From: an uncultured bacterium
Lineage (GTDB): Bacteria > Cyanobacteriota > Cyanobacteriia > Cyanobacteriales > JASJDA01
Length of the DNA: 64,000 bases
Direction: 5' to 3'
Assembly (NCBI GenBank): GCA_964458305.1
Contig: CAYWIH010000001.1
Coordinates: forward strand, 24,521 to 88,520
Made by a program: the position numbers and the translations under genes. Position 1 is the stretch's first letter; every line of letters starts with the position of its first letter. Shown here piece by piece: positions 22,181 through 31,276 of this stretch. The notes beneath the pieces were generated by a model. The model made no database searches. It had not been told where the DNA came from and saw nothing but the letters and a program-made list of their open reading frames with translations.

Positions 22181-22213
22181 AACCCCAACATGAAATCGAT
22201 CTATGTTGGGGTT
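22181..22213 (-). terminator. Stem-loop downstream of the 2-Cys peroxiredoxin
   Basis: AACCCCAACAT...ATGTTGGGGTT inverted repeat. Confidence 0.6.
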
Positions 22214-22236
22214 CGAATCGGATCTAATGAAAGTCT

Positions 22237-22845
22237 CTAGTCTACAGCAGCAAAGAAAACTTTAGATTTAACTGGATCTGGGTTCATTGTTTTGTCTCCT
22301 TCTTGCCATCCGGCCGGACAAACTTCATCTGGGTGAGTTTGTACGTATCTGATTGCTTTGAGGGTTCTTAAAGTTTCGTCAACGCTACGACCAAAAGATA
22401 GGTTATTAATAGTCGCGTGTTGGATTACACCTTCTTTGTCGATGATAAATAATCCGCGTAAAGCAACACCCGCATCGGGATCTAAAACATTATATGCGGT
22501 ACTGATTTCTTTTTTAATATCGGAAACTAAGGGATAGGCTACGTCTCCAACACCACCCTCTTTGCGATCGGTTTGGATCCAAGCTAGGTGAGAAAATTCA
22601 CTGTCAACGGAAACGCCTAAAACTTCTGTTTCTAGATCTTTAAATTCCGAGTAGCGATCGCTGAATGCTGTAATCTCGGTAGGACAGACAAAGGTAAAGT
22701 CGAGAGGATAGAAAAATAAGACTACATATTTACCCTTAAAGTCGGATAACTTAATCGTCTTAAATTCTTGATCTAATACAGCAGTTGCTGTAAAATCTGG
22801 AGCTTGTTGCCCTACTCTCAAGCATCCTTCTGCTGGATTACTCAT
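22237..22845 (-). CDS. prxA: 2-Cys peroxiredoxin
   Basis: [13 protein letters not shown] and EVCPAGW motifs. Confidence 0.95.
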   Translation of the reverse strand: MSNPAEGCLRVGQQAPDFTATAVLDQEFKTIKLSDFKGKYVVLFFYPLDFTFVCPTEITAFSDRYSEFKDLETEVLGVSVDSEFSHLAWIQTDRKEGGVGDVAYPLVSDIKKEISTAYNVLDPDAGVALRGLFIIDKEGVIQHATINNLSFGRSVDETLRTLKAIRYVQTHPDEVCPAGWQEGDKTMNPDPVKSKVFFAAVD

Positions 22846-22999
22846 GCAATGATTCTCCTTAATATTATGAACTTTTTTGGGTAAATTCCCCGCTACCTCT
22901 CGATCGAGTTACGGGTTCGTTTTTCATAAATAGGTGCAGACCTCTATTGCTACCCTATCTTAATCGCTGCTTAATCTTTATTAACTTTTTTCACTATAC

Positions 23000-23018
23000 C
23001 ATAGTCATAACGATTTTG
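23000..23018. promoter_or_regulatory. FurC/PerR-type operator upstream of the peroxiredoxin
   Basis: Imperfect palindrome CATAGTCATAACGATTTTG; close to the Anabaena FurC box as recalled (CAAAATCATAACGACTTTG); 2-Cys Prx is a known PerR target. Confidence 0.65.
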
Positions 23019-23130
23019 ACTAAGCCTCAAGTTGTTAATAGTCAGCGTTGGCAGATCGCCAAAAAATATCCTACCTCGAATAGGGTGCGTTTTAGAGTTT
23101 CTTTGTCTTGTAACTGAGGAATAACCTCCC

Positions 23131-23162
23131 CGCATCGCCACTCGATCGGACGGAGCGATGCG
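23131..23162. terminator. GC-rich hairpin downstream of the 43-aa peptide gene
   Basis: CGCATCGC-N16-GCGATGCG inverted repeat. Confidence 0.4.
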
Positions 23163-23251
23163 CTTTCTAATTGATTTTCAGTTATGTTGGAAATAATTTA
23201 AGTGATTGTTTTTAGGAAGAGTGTAAAAGCTCTTTCCTAATTCTTTAAAAT

Positions 23252-23383
23252 TTAACTATCTTCATCTTCCTTTTCCTCCTCACGGTTTTTAATACGATTG
23301 ATTCCTTGTTCGATCGAGTAAGCTACTAAAGCAGCAATCGATGCTTCGAGAACGATTTCTGCAACGATTATTAGAAACGCCAT
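23252..23383 (-). CDS. Unannotated 43-aa peptide (hydrophobic N-terminal helix, acidic tail)
   Basis: GGAGG RBS 8 nt before the ATG; MAFLIIVAEIVLEASIAALVAYSIEQGINRIKNREEEKEDEDS*. Confidence 0.6.
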   Translation of the reverse strand: MAFLIIVAEIVLEASIAALVAYSIEQGINRIKNREEEKEDEDS

Positions 23384-23460
23384 TAGGAATTCCTCCGTTT
23401 CGGGACAATTTCAGTATCCTAATTTTCCTCAAGAGATAATTCTCAAACATAGCCTTACTT

Positions 23461-23490
23461 AAGCTGACAAAGACTGACATAGGCTAACCT
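23461..23490. promoter_or_regulatory. Three tandem 10-bp imperfect direct repeats (putative regulator binding array)
   Basis: aagctgacaa / agactgacat / aggctaacct between the divergent peptide and NACHT genes. Confidence 0.4.
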
Positions 23491-23555
23491 GCCAAAAATT
23501 GCCTTATTAACTCATAAATTTGCTAAACTAGCTAAAAACAACTTAAATCTTGCCA

Positions 23556-26012
23556 ATGCAACCTTTACCCCGTGATTTTTTGCAAAAAATTGCTCGTCAA
23601 TACGATCTTTCAGAAGAACAAAAAGAAGCCTTTGTAGAGTTATTTAATAATTGTAAAAAACAGGAACAAGCTGCAGAAAATATTCACATTACTCCAGGAG
23701 CTTTTCGCACTCGTATGAGTGGAGTTTATCGTAAGTTTAATTTTAACGGTAAAAACCCTAATAAAGCTCGCAATCTACACGATTTTTTATTAAAAGAATA
23801 TCAAAAATTTAATCATAATACTAATAATATTCCTGGAATAGATCCGAGTAATATAGATAGTTTAGTAAAAGAAATACGTAAAAAAATACGTCCGTATATT
23901 CAAGAAAAATGCGGGACGATGAAAGTGTTAACCATGTCTCAGCCGATCGAATTAAATGAGATTTATACTAACGTAAATATTTTAGAAAAAATCACTGGTA
24001 CACGAGTATTAAAGATTGCCACAATGCTGGAAAATTTCAATCCTGAATCGGAAAATTTCGATCGCTTTGGTTTAGGAAATCGAGTTGGTAAATCAAGACC
24101 CGGAATAAATACAGTAAAAAATTATCCTAAATTAATGGTATTAGGGAAACCAGGTGCGGGAAAAACTACTTTTCTAAAACATTTAGCGATGGAATGTTGC
24201 TTTGGCAATTTTATGAACGATCGCATTCCTATTTTTATTACTCTTAAAAACTTTGCCGAGCAAAAATCTCACCGAAATTTGCAATCTTATATTACAAATA
24301 TGTTTACTAAATTTGGTGTTGCTGAAGCTGAAATAAGAGAAGGATTAACAAAAGGCAAAGCTCTAATTTTATTAGATGGTTTAGACGAAGTTAAAGAAGA
24401 AGATCATAAAAGAATTTTACAAGAAGTAGAAAATTTTTCTTCTAATTCTATTCATTCTTTTGTGATTACTTGTAGAATAGCTGCCAAGGAATATACTTTT
24501 GACAAATTTACTGAAGTAGAAGTAGCTGATTTTGATCCTGCCCAGATTAAAAATTTTGTAACTAAATGGTTTAAATGCAGCAAATCAAATCTAGATAATG
24601 GAGTCGATCGCTTTATGAAAAAGCTCGGAGAAACTCGACAAATTAAAGAACTAGCTACCAATCCTTTATTGCTAACTTTACTCTGCTTGGAATTTGAAGA
24701 TTCGGGAGATTTTCCAGAAAATCGGTCTGAATTATACGATCGAGGTATTGATACTTTATTAAGAAGATGGGATAAAAAAAGAGGAATTGACAGAGATATA
24801 ATTTATAAAGATTTATCGATAAAACGCAAAGAGGATTTATTAGGTGAAATTGCTGCAAAAACTTTTAAAAATAACGAATACTTTTTTAAAACAAGAGTAA
24901 TTTCTAGTTATATAGCTGATTATATTCAAAATTTACCAGAAGCAATAAGCACAGATCCTGAAGCTTTAGAAATAGATAGTAGGCAAGTTTTAAAATCTAT
25001 AGAATGTCAACATGGTTTATTAGTAGAAAGAGCTAGAGATATATATTCTTTTTCTCATTTAACATTTCAAGAGTATTTTACTGCGAATAAACTTATTACT
25101 AACTGTAATATATATTCTTTGGAAGATGAAAATTTAAATTTTTTAGCGAGTAAAATTTTTGAAAAAAGCTGGCGCGAAGTTTTACTATTATCAGTAGAAA
25201 TGTTGCCTAATGCAAATTGCCTTTTGCAATTAATTAAACATCAGATAGATCTTTTTATCAGTGATGATAATAAGTTACAGAAAGTTTTAAAATGGATGAA
25301 AGAAAGACAAGAGCGTTTCAATCTCTCTTATCCAGCCATCTATATGTTCGACTTACTTATAGAACTGATAGGAGAGACTTCGTATTCAGATATAAATGAT
25401 TTTAGTATCAATGGATTACGGAATTCTGATATTGATTCTGAAGATTTACAATGTGATATGTCACTTATTATGTCTATCTGCATGATCGATCGTCTAAAAG
25501 AGGATTGTTTTTTTAGCGAAGTGAGTATCGGCGATTTTTCTTGTATGCCGGAATTTCTAGAATCAATTATTTATAGTACTTCGAATTCAGATTTTCAAGA
25601 ATCTCTTAGAAACTTTATAGATCGATTGCCAAAACTTTCAGAAAGATTGTACGACTACCTAGCATATGAAACAAAATATTGGCTAGTAGAAGAAGAGGAA
25701 GAAGAAGATAAAGAAGAGTGTACACAAGAAAAAGAAAAATTCGACCAATTATGGGAACAAAATGGAAATAAATGGTATCAAGAATTAAAAGAAATAGCAA
25801 TTAAATATCGCGATATCGGTCATGATTGGCAATTTAGCGAAGAAGAAAAAACAAAGCTAAAAAAATATTTTGATGCTAACAACCTACTTTGGGAATGGAT
25901 CGAAACTACTAAAAGCGATCGCTGTTATTTAACTCGAGAAATAAGAGCAGAATTGAAAAATACTTTATTATGGCCGATCGAGGATATTGAAAAATCCGAG
26001 CAAAAAAAGTAA
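23556..26012 (+). CDS. NACHT (STAND) NTPase with N-terminal HTH and cyanobacterial C-terminal helical (NCH2-like) domain
   Basis: GKPGAGKTT, LILLDGLDE, ITCR, NPLLL, FSHLTFQEY; N-terminal LSEEQKEAF..AAENIHITPGAFRTRMSGVYRKF; C-terminal YRDIGHDWQFS..YFDANNLL. Confidence 0.92.
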   Translation: MQPLPRDFLQKIARQYDLSEEQKEAFVELFNNCKKQEQAAENIHITPGAFRTRMSGVYRKFNFNGKNPNKARNLHDFLLKEYQKFNHNTNNIPGIDPSNIDSLVKEIRKKIRPYIQEKCGTMKVLTMSQPIELNEIYTNVNILEKITGTRVLKIATMLENFNPESENFDRFGLGNRVGKSRPGINTVKNYPKLMVLGKPGAGKTTFLKHLAMECCFGNFMNDRIPIFITLKNFAEQKSHRNLQSYITNMFTKFGVAEAEIREGLTKGKALILLDGLDEVKEEDHKRILQEVENFSSNSIHSFVITCRIAAKEYTFDKFTEVEVADFDPAQIKNFVTKWFKCSKSNLDNGVDRFMKKLGETRQIKELATNPLLLTLLCLEFEDSGDFPENRSELYDRGIDTLLRRWDKKRGIDRDIIYKDLSIKRKEDLLGEIAAKTFKNNEYFFKTRVISSYIADYIQNLPEAISTDPEALEIDSRQVLKSIECQHGLLVERARDIYSFSHLTFQEYFTANKLITNCNIYSLEDENLNFLASKIFEKSWREVLLLSVEMLPNANCLLQLIKHQIDLFISDDNKLQKVLKWMKERQERFNLSYPAIYMFDLLIELIGETSYSDINDFSINGLRNSDIDSEDLQCDMSLIMSICMIDRLKEDCFFSEVSIGDFSCMPEFLESIIYSTSNSDFQESLRNFIDRLPKLSERLYDYLAYETKYWLVEEEEEEDKEECTQEKEKFDQLWEQNGNKWYQELKEIAIKYRDIGHDWQFSEEEKTKLKKYFDANNLLWEWIETTKSDRCYLTREIRAELKNTLLWPIEDIEKSEQKK

Positions 26013-26238
26013 ATAAGATTTAGATTAAGAAAATGTAAAAATTCAGGCCGATTTAAAAAAGTTTGCATTGTTAAGATTCAGCCCTTTTTTATTGCAATTC
26101 AATGCAAAAATATCCCAAATATGTCAAAGATGTAAAGTAATGTTACGGATTTTTTAAAAAAAAGTATTTATATCCAATCTAATAGAGGTCGATCGGCTTA
26201 ACCTGGGAAGATAGCCAATATTTATTTAAGGAAAGTTA

Positions 26239-26562
26239 ATGAATAAAGAAATTAAAAAATACCGGATGATTTGCACCTTGACATTTGGTGATATTTACGG
26301 TCAAATCTTCGTTTGGTTGTTTGTGATCTTCTTAAGTTTAGCGACTGCTTTGGCATTGTGGAGCAGCACCCGCGAAATATACGCTCTAGCTACTGTCGGG
26401 CTTATTTTAGTTTTATCTTTACCTTTCTTACTTTTTGCCTTCGTAACTACATTACTCAATCATATCGAATTTGCTCCGATCGAAGAAGCAGAGTCAACTA
26501 CTTCACTATATTCAACAAGCGCAAATAATAGCACTACAAAAACAGCAGAAGCAACAAGTTAG
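26239..26562 (+). CDS. Conserved cyanobacterial small membrane protein (2 TM)
   Basis: CTLTFGDIYGQI...FLLFAFVTTLLNHI; RBS and a downstream hairpin. Confidence 0.8.
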   Translation: MNKEIKKYRMICTLTFGDIYGQIFVWLFVIFLSLATALALWSSTREIYALATVGLILVLSLPFLLFAFVTTLLNHIEFAPIEEAESTTSLYSTSANNSTTKTAEATS

Positions 26563-26576
26563 ATAGCAAATAATTT

Positions 26577-26612
26577 CAGAAGTCAGATAATAAGCAATCT
26601 TTCTGACTTCTG
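26577..26612. terminator. Hairpin between convergent genes
   Basis: CAGAAGTCAGA...TCTGACTTCTG. Confidence 0.6.
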
Positions 26613-26641
26613 TACAAATGTACTGTGGTACGTGCCTTGAA

Positions 26642-27430
26642 TTATGCTCCCATTCCAGAGTACTGTTTTAAACCTCGTTTCCAAAGCCAACGATTAAACA
26701 AGTAAAAAATTAAACCCCATCCAGCCATAATTAATAAAGCGCGGGTAATATCGACAGGTAAACCGACTAATAAAGCAGCTGGAAAGTAGACAAAATAAGG
26801 AAAAGGTGTCCACAAAACAATTTCGCGCATTAAATCAGGAAAGACTTCTAAAGGGGCAATTAAGCCAGACAAAAAGATATAAAATAATAACCAAAACTGA
26901 AGAATAGCACTAGCTCTTTCCGTCCAAAAAGCAAACATAGCAAAAGTATATTGAATCAGAAAACGCAAAGCAAAAGCGATCGCTATTATTAATATCCAAA
27001 TTAAGAAAGTTCCCCAACTTGGCAACCAAAATGCTTCTGGATAGAGCCAGAAAAATAAGCCGATTAGTAATAAAATTAGAGGGATGCGGGTAAGTTTTTC
27101 TGATACGTGTCGAGCAACGTGATGCCATACTGGATCGATAGGTTGGAGCAATTTTAAAGATAGTTTTCCTTCTAGTACTTCTTTTTCAAAGTCCCAAATT
27201 ACCCAAATATTAGTAAATTGTCTGACTAAAAAGACGCTGAAAAAGTAACGAGCAAAATCAATTGAATTTAAAGCAAAATTTCCACTACCTGAAGCTTCGA
27301 TCCATACACCCATTAAAATAATAGGTAACGAGCCAGCTAATGCCCATAAAAAAATTTCTGCTCGATATTCTAACATATGGGCGTAATGCGCTATTAAAAG
27401 GGTTTTGGCTTTTCTAAAGATCCAGTTCAT
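26642..27430 (-). CDS. ABC-2 type (DUF990-like) transporter permease
   Basis: LEYRAE, EGKLS.KLLQP, FAFWTERA, SG.IAPLEVFP. Confidence 0.9.
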   Translation of the reverse strand: MNWIFRKAKTLLIAHYAHMLEYRAEIFLWALAGSLPIILMGVWIEASGSGNFALNSIDFARYFFSVFLVRQFTNIWVIWDFEKEVLEGKLSLKLLQPIDPVWHHVARHVSEKLTRIPLILLLIGLFFWLYPEAFWLPSWGTFLIWILIIAIAFALRFLIQYTFAMFAFWTERASAILQFWLLFYIFLSGLIAPLEVFPDLMREIVLWTPFPYFVYFPAALLVGLPVDITRALLIMAGWGLIFYLFNRWLWKRGLKQYSGMGA

Positions 27431-27554
27431 TTTTACTTTCGATCGACAAATTTCGATAATTTAAGTATTATATAACGCTGTTTTTTGCATTTCAGAAATC
27501 GATCGCAGATTTTGGTAAGATTAATTACAGCGTCTCAATATATTTTTATAAAAC

Positions 27555-28355
27555 ATGGAAATTATCGAACGAACGGACACGAAACTAAAATTATACTATA
27601 AAACGCCTCGTCCTATATTATTCAGTATTTTTGGTTGTTTGTTTATTGTAGCGGGGTTGAGTTCGATTTTCTTTTCTGCTAAAAAAACTACTTTAGAATG
27701 CAGCAAAATTGAAGCCGATCGCACTAGTTGCCAAATAATAAATACAAGATTTATCGGTCAAGATATTGAAAATATTTTTGAGGGAGCTAACTTTAAAAGA
27801 GCCAAAATATACGAAAATGAATCTCGAAATATCGACAACGAAAATAAAATAGTTTTAGTAACAGAAACAGAAGAAATACTTTTAAACACGCAATTTAATT
27901 TTGGCTTGGAAGAAGTAAAAACTAAAGTCAAAAAAATTAATAACTTTATCGAAGATCCCAATAATTTAAAATTATCAATAAGTCAAGATAGCCGTTTTTT
28001 TAGCGTCTTGGTCGGTTTTGTTTTTATGGCTCTAGGAAGCGGAATAATCATTATAGCATTGAAGCAAGAAAAATCGGAAATATTTTATACCTTCGATCGC
28101 CCTTCCAAACAGCTACAAATTACTTACAAAAATTTATTAAATAAGACCGAAGTCAGTCAATTAGATTTTCAAGATCTCGAAAAAGTAGTCGTTAGAACCG
28201 AAAATAAAGGATATAGAAACGATCGGGCTGATATTCACAATTTAGAACTAGTAATGAAAGAAAAAGAAAATTTCTTACTATATAGTTTTATTGGCAAAGA
28301 TCTCAAAATTGTCGCCGATCGCCTTGCTAAAGAAATCGAGCGAATTATTAATTAA
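27555..28355 (+). CDS. Hypothetical two-TM membrane protein
   Basis: 266-aa ORF; two TMs around a Cys-pair loop; C-terminal FDRPSK domain. Confidence 0.75.
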   Translation: MEIIERTDTKLKLYYKTPRPILFSIFGCLFIVAGLSSIFFSAKKTTLECSKIEADRTSCQIINTRFIGQDIENIFEGANFKRAKIYENESRNIDNENKIVLVTETEEILLNTQFNFGLEEVKTKVKKINNFIEDPNNLKLSISQDSRFFSVLVGFVFMALGSGIIIIALKQEKSEIFYTFDRPSKQLQITYKNLLNKTEVSQLDFQDLEKVVVRTENKGYRNDRADIHNLELVMKEKENFLLYSFIGKDLKIVADRLAKEIERIIN

Positions 28356-29326
28356 ATTTTACCTCGATCGAACAAACGGGCGATAATTTCCTCGATCGGC
28401 GGATCGCTGACGCTTAAATCTAATACTTCTAATTCTGCTAATATTTGGGAAATCGTGCTGGTAAGTTTTTCTCTCGGCACTAAAAAACGAACCTCAGCAC
28501 CTTCTTGTGTTTCGATCTCGCCATATCTAACTAATTTCGATTCTGGGAGAGTTTGCGCTAATTCTACCCTAACTTGTCTCCAAGGAGCAAAACGCTCTAA
28601 TAAACCCTCTAAAAGCCCATCGTAGATTAAACTTCCTCGATAGATTAACATTACTCTTTTACATAGAGCAGTAATATCGGCCATATAGTGACTGGTGAGC
28701 AAGATCGTAGCTTGATAGCGTTGGTTGTACTCTTTGAGAAAGTCCCTAACTGCTGCTTGTGCGTTGACATCGAGTCCTAAAGTTGGTTCGTCGAGGAACA
28801 ATACTTGCGGGTGATGGATCAAAGCTGCTAAAAGCTCTGCTTTCATTCTCTCACCTAACGACAGTTTTCGCACCGGGCGATCGAGTTTTTCTTGTAAAGA
28901 AAGCATTTCGCTCAGTTCGTTGAGTCGTCGAGAAAATTCTTTTTCTGGTATGTTATATACTGCGGCATTAATTTTCAGAGAATCTAGTGCTGGTAAGTCC
29001 CAAAGTAATTGTTGTTTTTGCCCCATCACTAAACTCATTTTTTGCAAAAATTTATTTTGACGACGATAGGGAAAATAACCTGCTACTTTAACAGTACCGC
29101 TAGAAGGATAGATCAGTCCGGTCAGCATTTTCAAAGTAGTAGTCTTACCCGCACCGTTAGGGCCTAAAAAACCGACTATTTCCCCAGGTTCGATTTTAAA
29201 CGATACGTTTTGTACGGCTTTTACTTCTCGATAAGTACGGTTGAAGAAATGTTTGAGAGTACCTTTTAAACCCGGTTGTTTGACTGCGACTGGGTAAATT
29301 TTCGTTAAGTTTTCGACGACTATCAT
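28352..29326 (-). CDS. ABC transporter ATP-binding protein
   Basis: GPNGAGKTT, LSLGERMK, LFLDEPT, TSH. Confidence 0.95.
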   Translation of the reverse strand: MIVVENLTKIYPVAVKQPGLKGTLKHFFNRTYREVKAVQNVSFKIEPGEIVGFLGPNGAGKTTTLKMLTGLIYPSSGTVKVAGYFPYRRQNKFLQKMSLVMGQKQQLLWDLPALDSLKINAAVYNIPEKEFSRRLNELSEMLSLQEKLDRPVRKLSLGERMKAELLAALIHHPQVLFLDEPTLGLDVNAQAAVRDFLKEYNQRYQATILLTSHYMADITALCKRVMLIYRGSLIYDGLLEGLLERFAPWRQVRVELAQTLPESKLVRYGEIETQEGAEVRFLVPREKLTSTISQILAELEVLDLSVSDPPIEEIIARLFDRGKI

Positions 29327-29560
29327 TTTTATTTTGTAGTGCGATCGCAGCGATCTTGCTTGCCTTTAATAAGAGTACAATCTAGCGGATTTTTGTCAAG
29401 TCTTTTTTGCAAATCTATATATATTTGAGTTCGGGTTTTTCACCATTACTGGTAGTTTAAACCCCATTTAATAAGAGCTAAAGATTTTATATCCTAATTA
29501 TTGAAAGGGCACAGATTAAAGCTCGAAGAAACTAAACATTTTAATTCGGAGTTAATAATT

Positions 29561-30001
29561 ATGGCACTAATTCGTTGGCAACCTTTTCGCGAAATTGACG
29601 AACTACAAAGAGAAATGAATCGTTTATTCGATCGCCGTTTTTACGAGTCCGATCGCACTTCCCTTCCTGCGACTTTCGCCCCAGCAGCAGAAATGAGCGA
29701 AACCGAAGAAGCTATCCATCTAAAGTTAGAAATTCCGGGTATGGAAGCTAAAGATTTAGATGTAGAAGTAACAGCCGAAGCTGTAAGTATTAGCGGCGAA
29801 AGAAAATCGGAAACTAAAACAGAAGAAAATGGTAATACTCGCACTGAATTTCGTTACGGTAAATTCCGCAGAGTAATTCCTTTATCAGCTCGCATTGAAA
29901 ATACGAAAGTAGCAGCCGAATATAAAAACGGCATCTTAAATCTAACTTTACCGAAAGCCGAACCAGAAAAAAATAAAGTAGTTAAAGTGGAAATCGGCTA
30001 A
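29561..30001 (+). CDS. hspA: Small heat shock protein (Hsp20/alpha-crystallin)
   Basis: MALIRWQPFREI..LQREMNRLF, EFRYGKFRRVIPL, YKNGILNLTLPK. Confidence 0.93.
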   Translation: MALIRWQPFREIDELQREMNRLFDRRFYESDRTSLPATFAPAAEMSETEEAIHLKLEIPGMEAKDLDVEVTAEAVSISGERKSETKTEENGNTRTEFRYGKFRRVIPLSARIENTKVAAEYKNGILNLTLPKAEPEKNKVVKVEIG

Positions 30002-30027
30002 TTTCAATTTCAAATTTTAACCCAAAT

Positions 30028-30068
30028 AAATTGGTTGCAAATAACAATTAAATAAATGCAACCAATTT
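30028..30068. terminator. Bidirectional terminator-like hairpin
   Basis: AAATTGGTTGCA...TGCAACCAATTT between convergent genes. Confidence 0.65.
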
Positions 30069-30075
30069 TAGCTAT

Positions 30076-30534
30076 TTAGGCAAAATATAAAGATGTTAAT
30101 TCGTTGTTTAGCCAAATATCTTTATCGCAGTCTATATTATCTAAAAAAAGAGAAAAATTAGTCCGATCGTAATCTCCTTGAAAAAAAGATTGAAAAATTA
30201 AATTATTTCCGCCATCTATATGGGCGTTAATCGTTAAAAAAGATGAGTTTAACTCGTTAATATATTCGAGAATTTCGCTCCTGTTTATAGTTCGCTTAAA
30301 AGAAAAAATAGACACAAATAATACACCGTGATAATGAGAAAAATAATTTAATATTAAATCTAATTTGCGTCGATGAGTGCAGAATAAATGCTTTTCTCCT
30401 TCTTCTATAATTTGATACCCGTTAAATTCAAGATGATTTTTATATAAGGCAAGAGGGTGAGAAGTGGCTTTGCTAATATTCAAATGATTCATATTAAATA
30501 TATAAGGGCGATCGAGCTTTGACAATAAACTCAT
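30076..30534 (-). CDS. YbjN-like (T3SS-chaperone-fold) protein; true start may be an internal Met
   Basis: HLEFNGY, LEYINELN, HIDGGNNL, YDRTNFSLFLD pattern. Confidence 0.6.
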   Translation of the reverse strand: MSLLSKLDRPYIFNMNHLNISKATSHPLALYKNHLEFNGYQIIEEGEKHLFCTHRRKLDLILNYFSHYHGVLFVSIFSFKRTINRSEILEYINELNSSFLTINAHIDGGNNLIFQSFFQGDYDRTNFSLFLDNIDCDKDIWLNNELTSLYFA

Positions 30535-31032
30535 TAACTTAAAATTCTAACTTGCAAAAAAAATGTTTATCCTCCGAGCAAATACAGATAAAAATTAAAA
30601 TTTAAAGCCCAAAAAGGTTAAAAATACTGCTGACAAAATCAAAATGCCGATCGAGAATAATTATTTTGCAACTCGATCGCCACATTCAATTAATATATGT
30701 ATCTAATGCCTCGAGACCTTTTTAATAAGATTTAAGAGGGGAATCCCTCGAGTAATTAGCTCTAATTTTATAAGTATCTTTGAGATCGTTGTTTCCCTAT
30801 CCATATAATATCGAGGGTTTAAAACCTGGCGATCGAGATTTATTTTACTATCGAATAAAAGCGATCGATTTAAAATAACTTTCAATTCGATCGACATTAA
30901 ATAATAACATTTTTCAAAATAGTTGCTACAAATAGTGTCTGAAAGAAAATCGATTTAATTTTATTCAAACTAGCTTAAAAGTGATGATAAAAGGATTACA
31001 ATTGAGGTTCTAAATACAATCATTTAGAAAAA

Positions 31033-31106
31033 CCTCTGTACTGACGTACCATGGTACGTCCCTGCATTTCTGACCTCTGTACCGACGTACCATGGTACGT
31101 CTCTAC
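31033..31106. repeat. Two tandem REP-like palindromes (GACGTACCATGGTACGTC core)
   Basis: cctctgtactgacgtaccatggtacgtccctgc and cctctgtaccgacgtaccatggtacgtctctac, with adjacent TCTGACC heptamers. Confidence 0.85.
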
Positions 31107-31276
31107 GTCATTTTCTGACCTCTGACCTTTCATCTGTATCAAATAAAAATTAAATTGGTACGAGCGATCGCTATTGCTAGGAGTTAAATTCAAATGCCGG
31201 GCGCAGCTAAGCTAAACTAATAAATACTCGAGTTAAAAAATAAACCATAGAAAACCTACTCCCAGAGGGAATATAT

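Noticed and set aside
23289..23480. 63-aa minus-strand ORF from the track
   Set aside because: It overlaps, in another frame, the 43-aa ORF that has a strong RBS and a more protein-like sequence; likely a shadow.
30535..31030. 64-aa ORF and a CGATCGAG/CTCGATCG hairpin in a long spacer
   Set aside because: No recognisable protein motif; the hairpin arms are HIP1 cores that pair by chance.
31033..31130. Possible mini-CRISPR array
   Set aside because: Only two units about 8 bp apart, no spacers, no cas genes; fits REP-like repeats.
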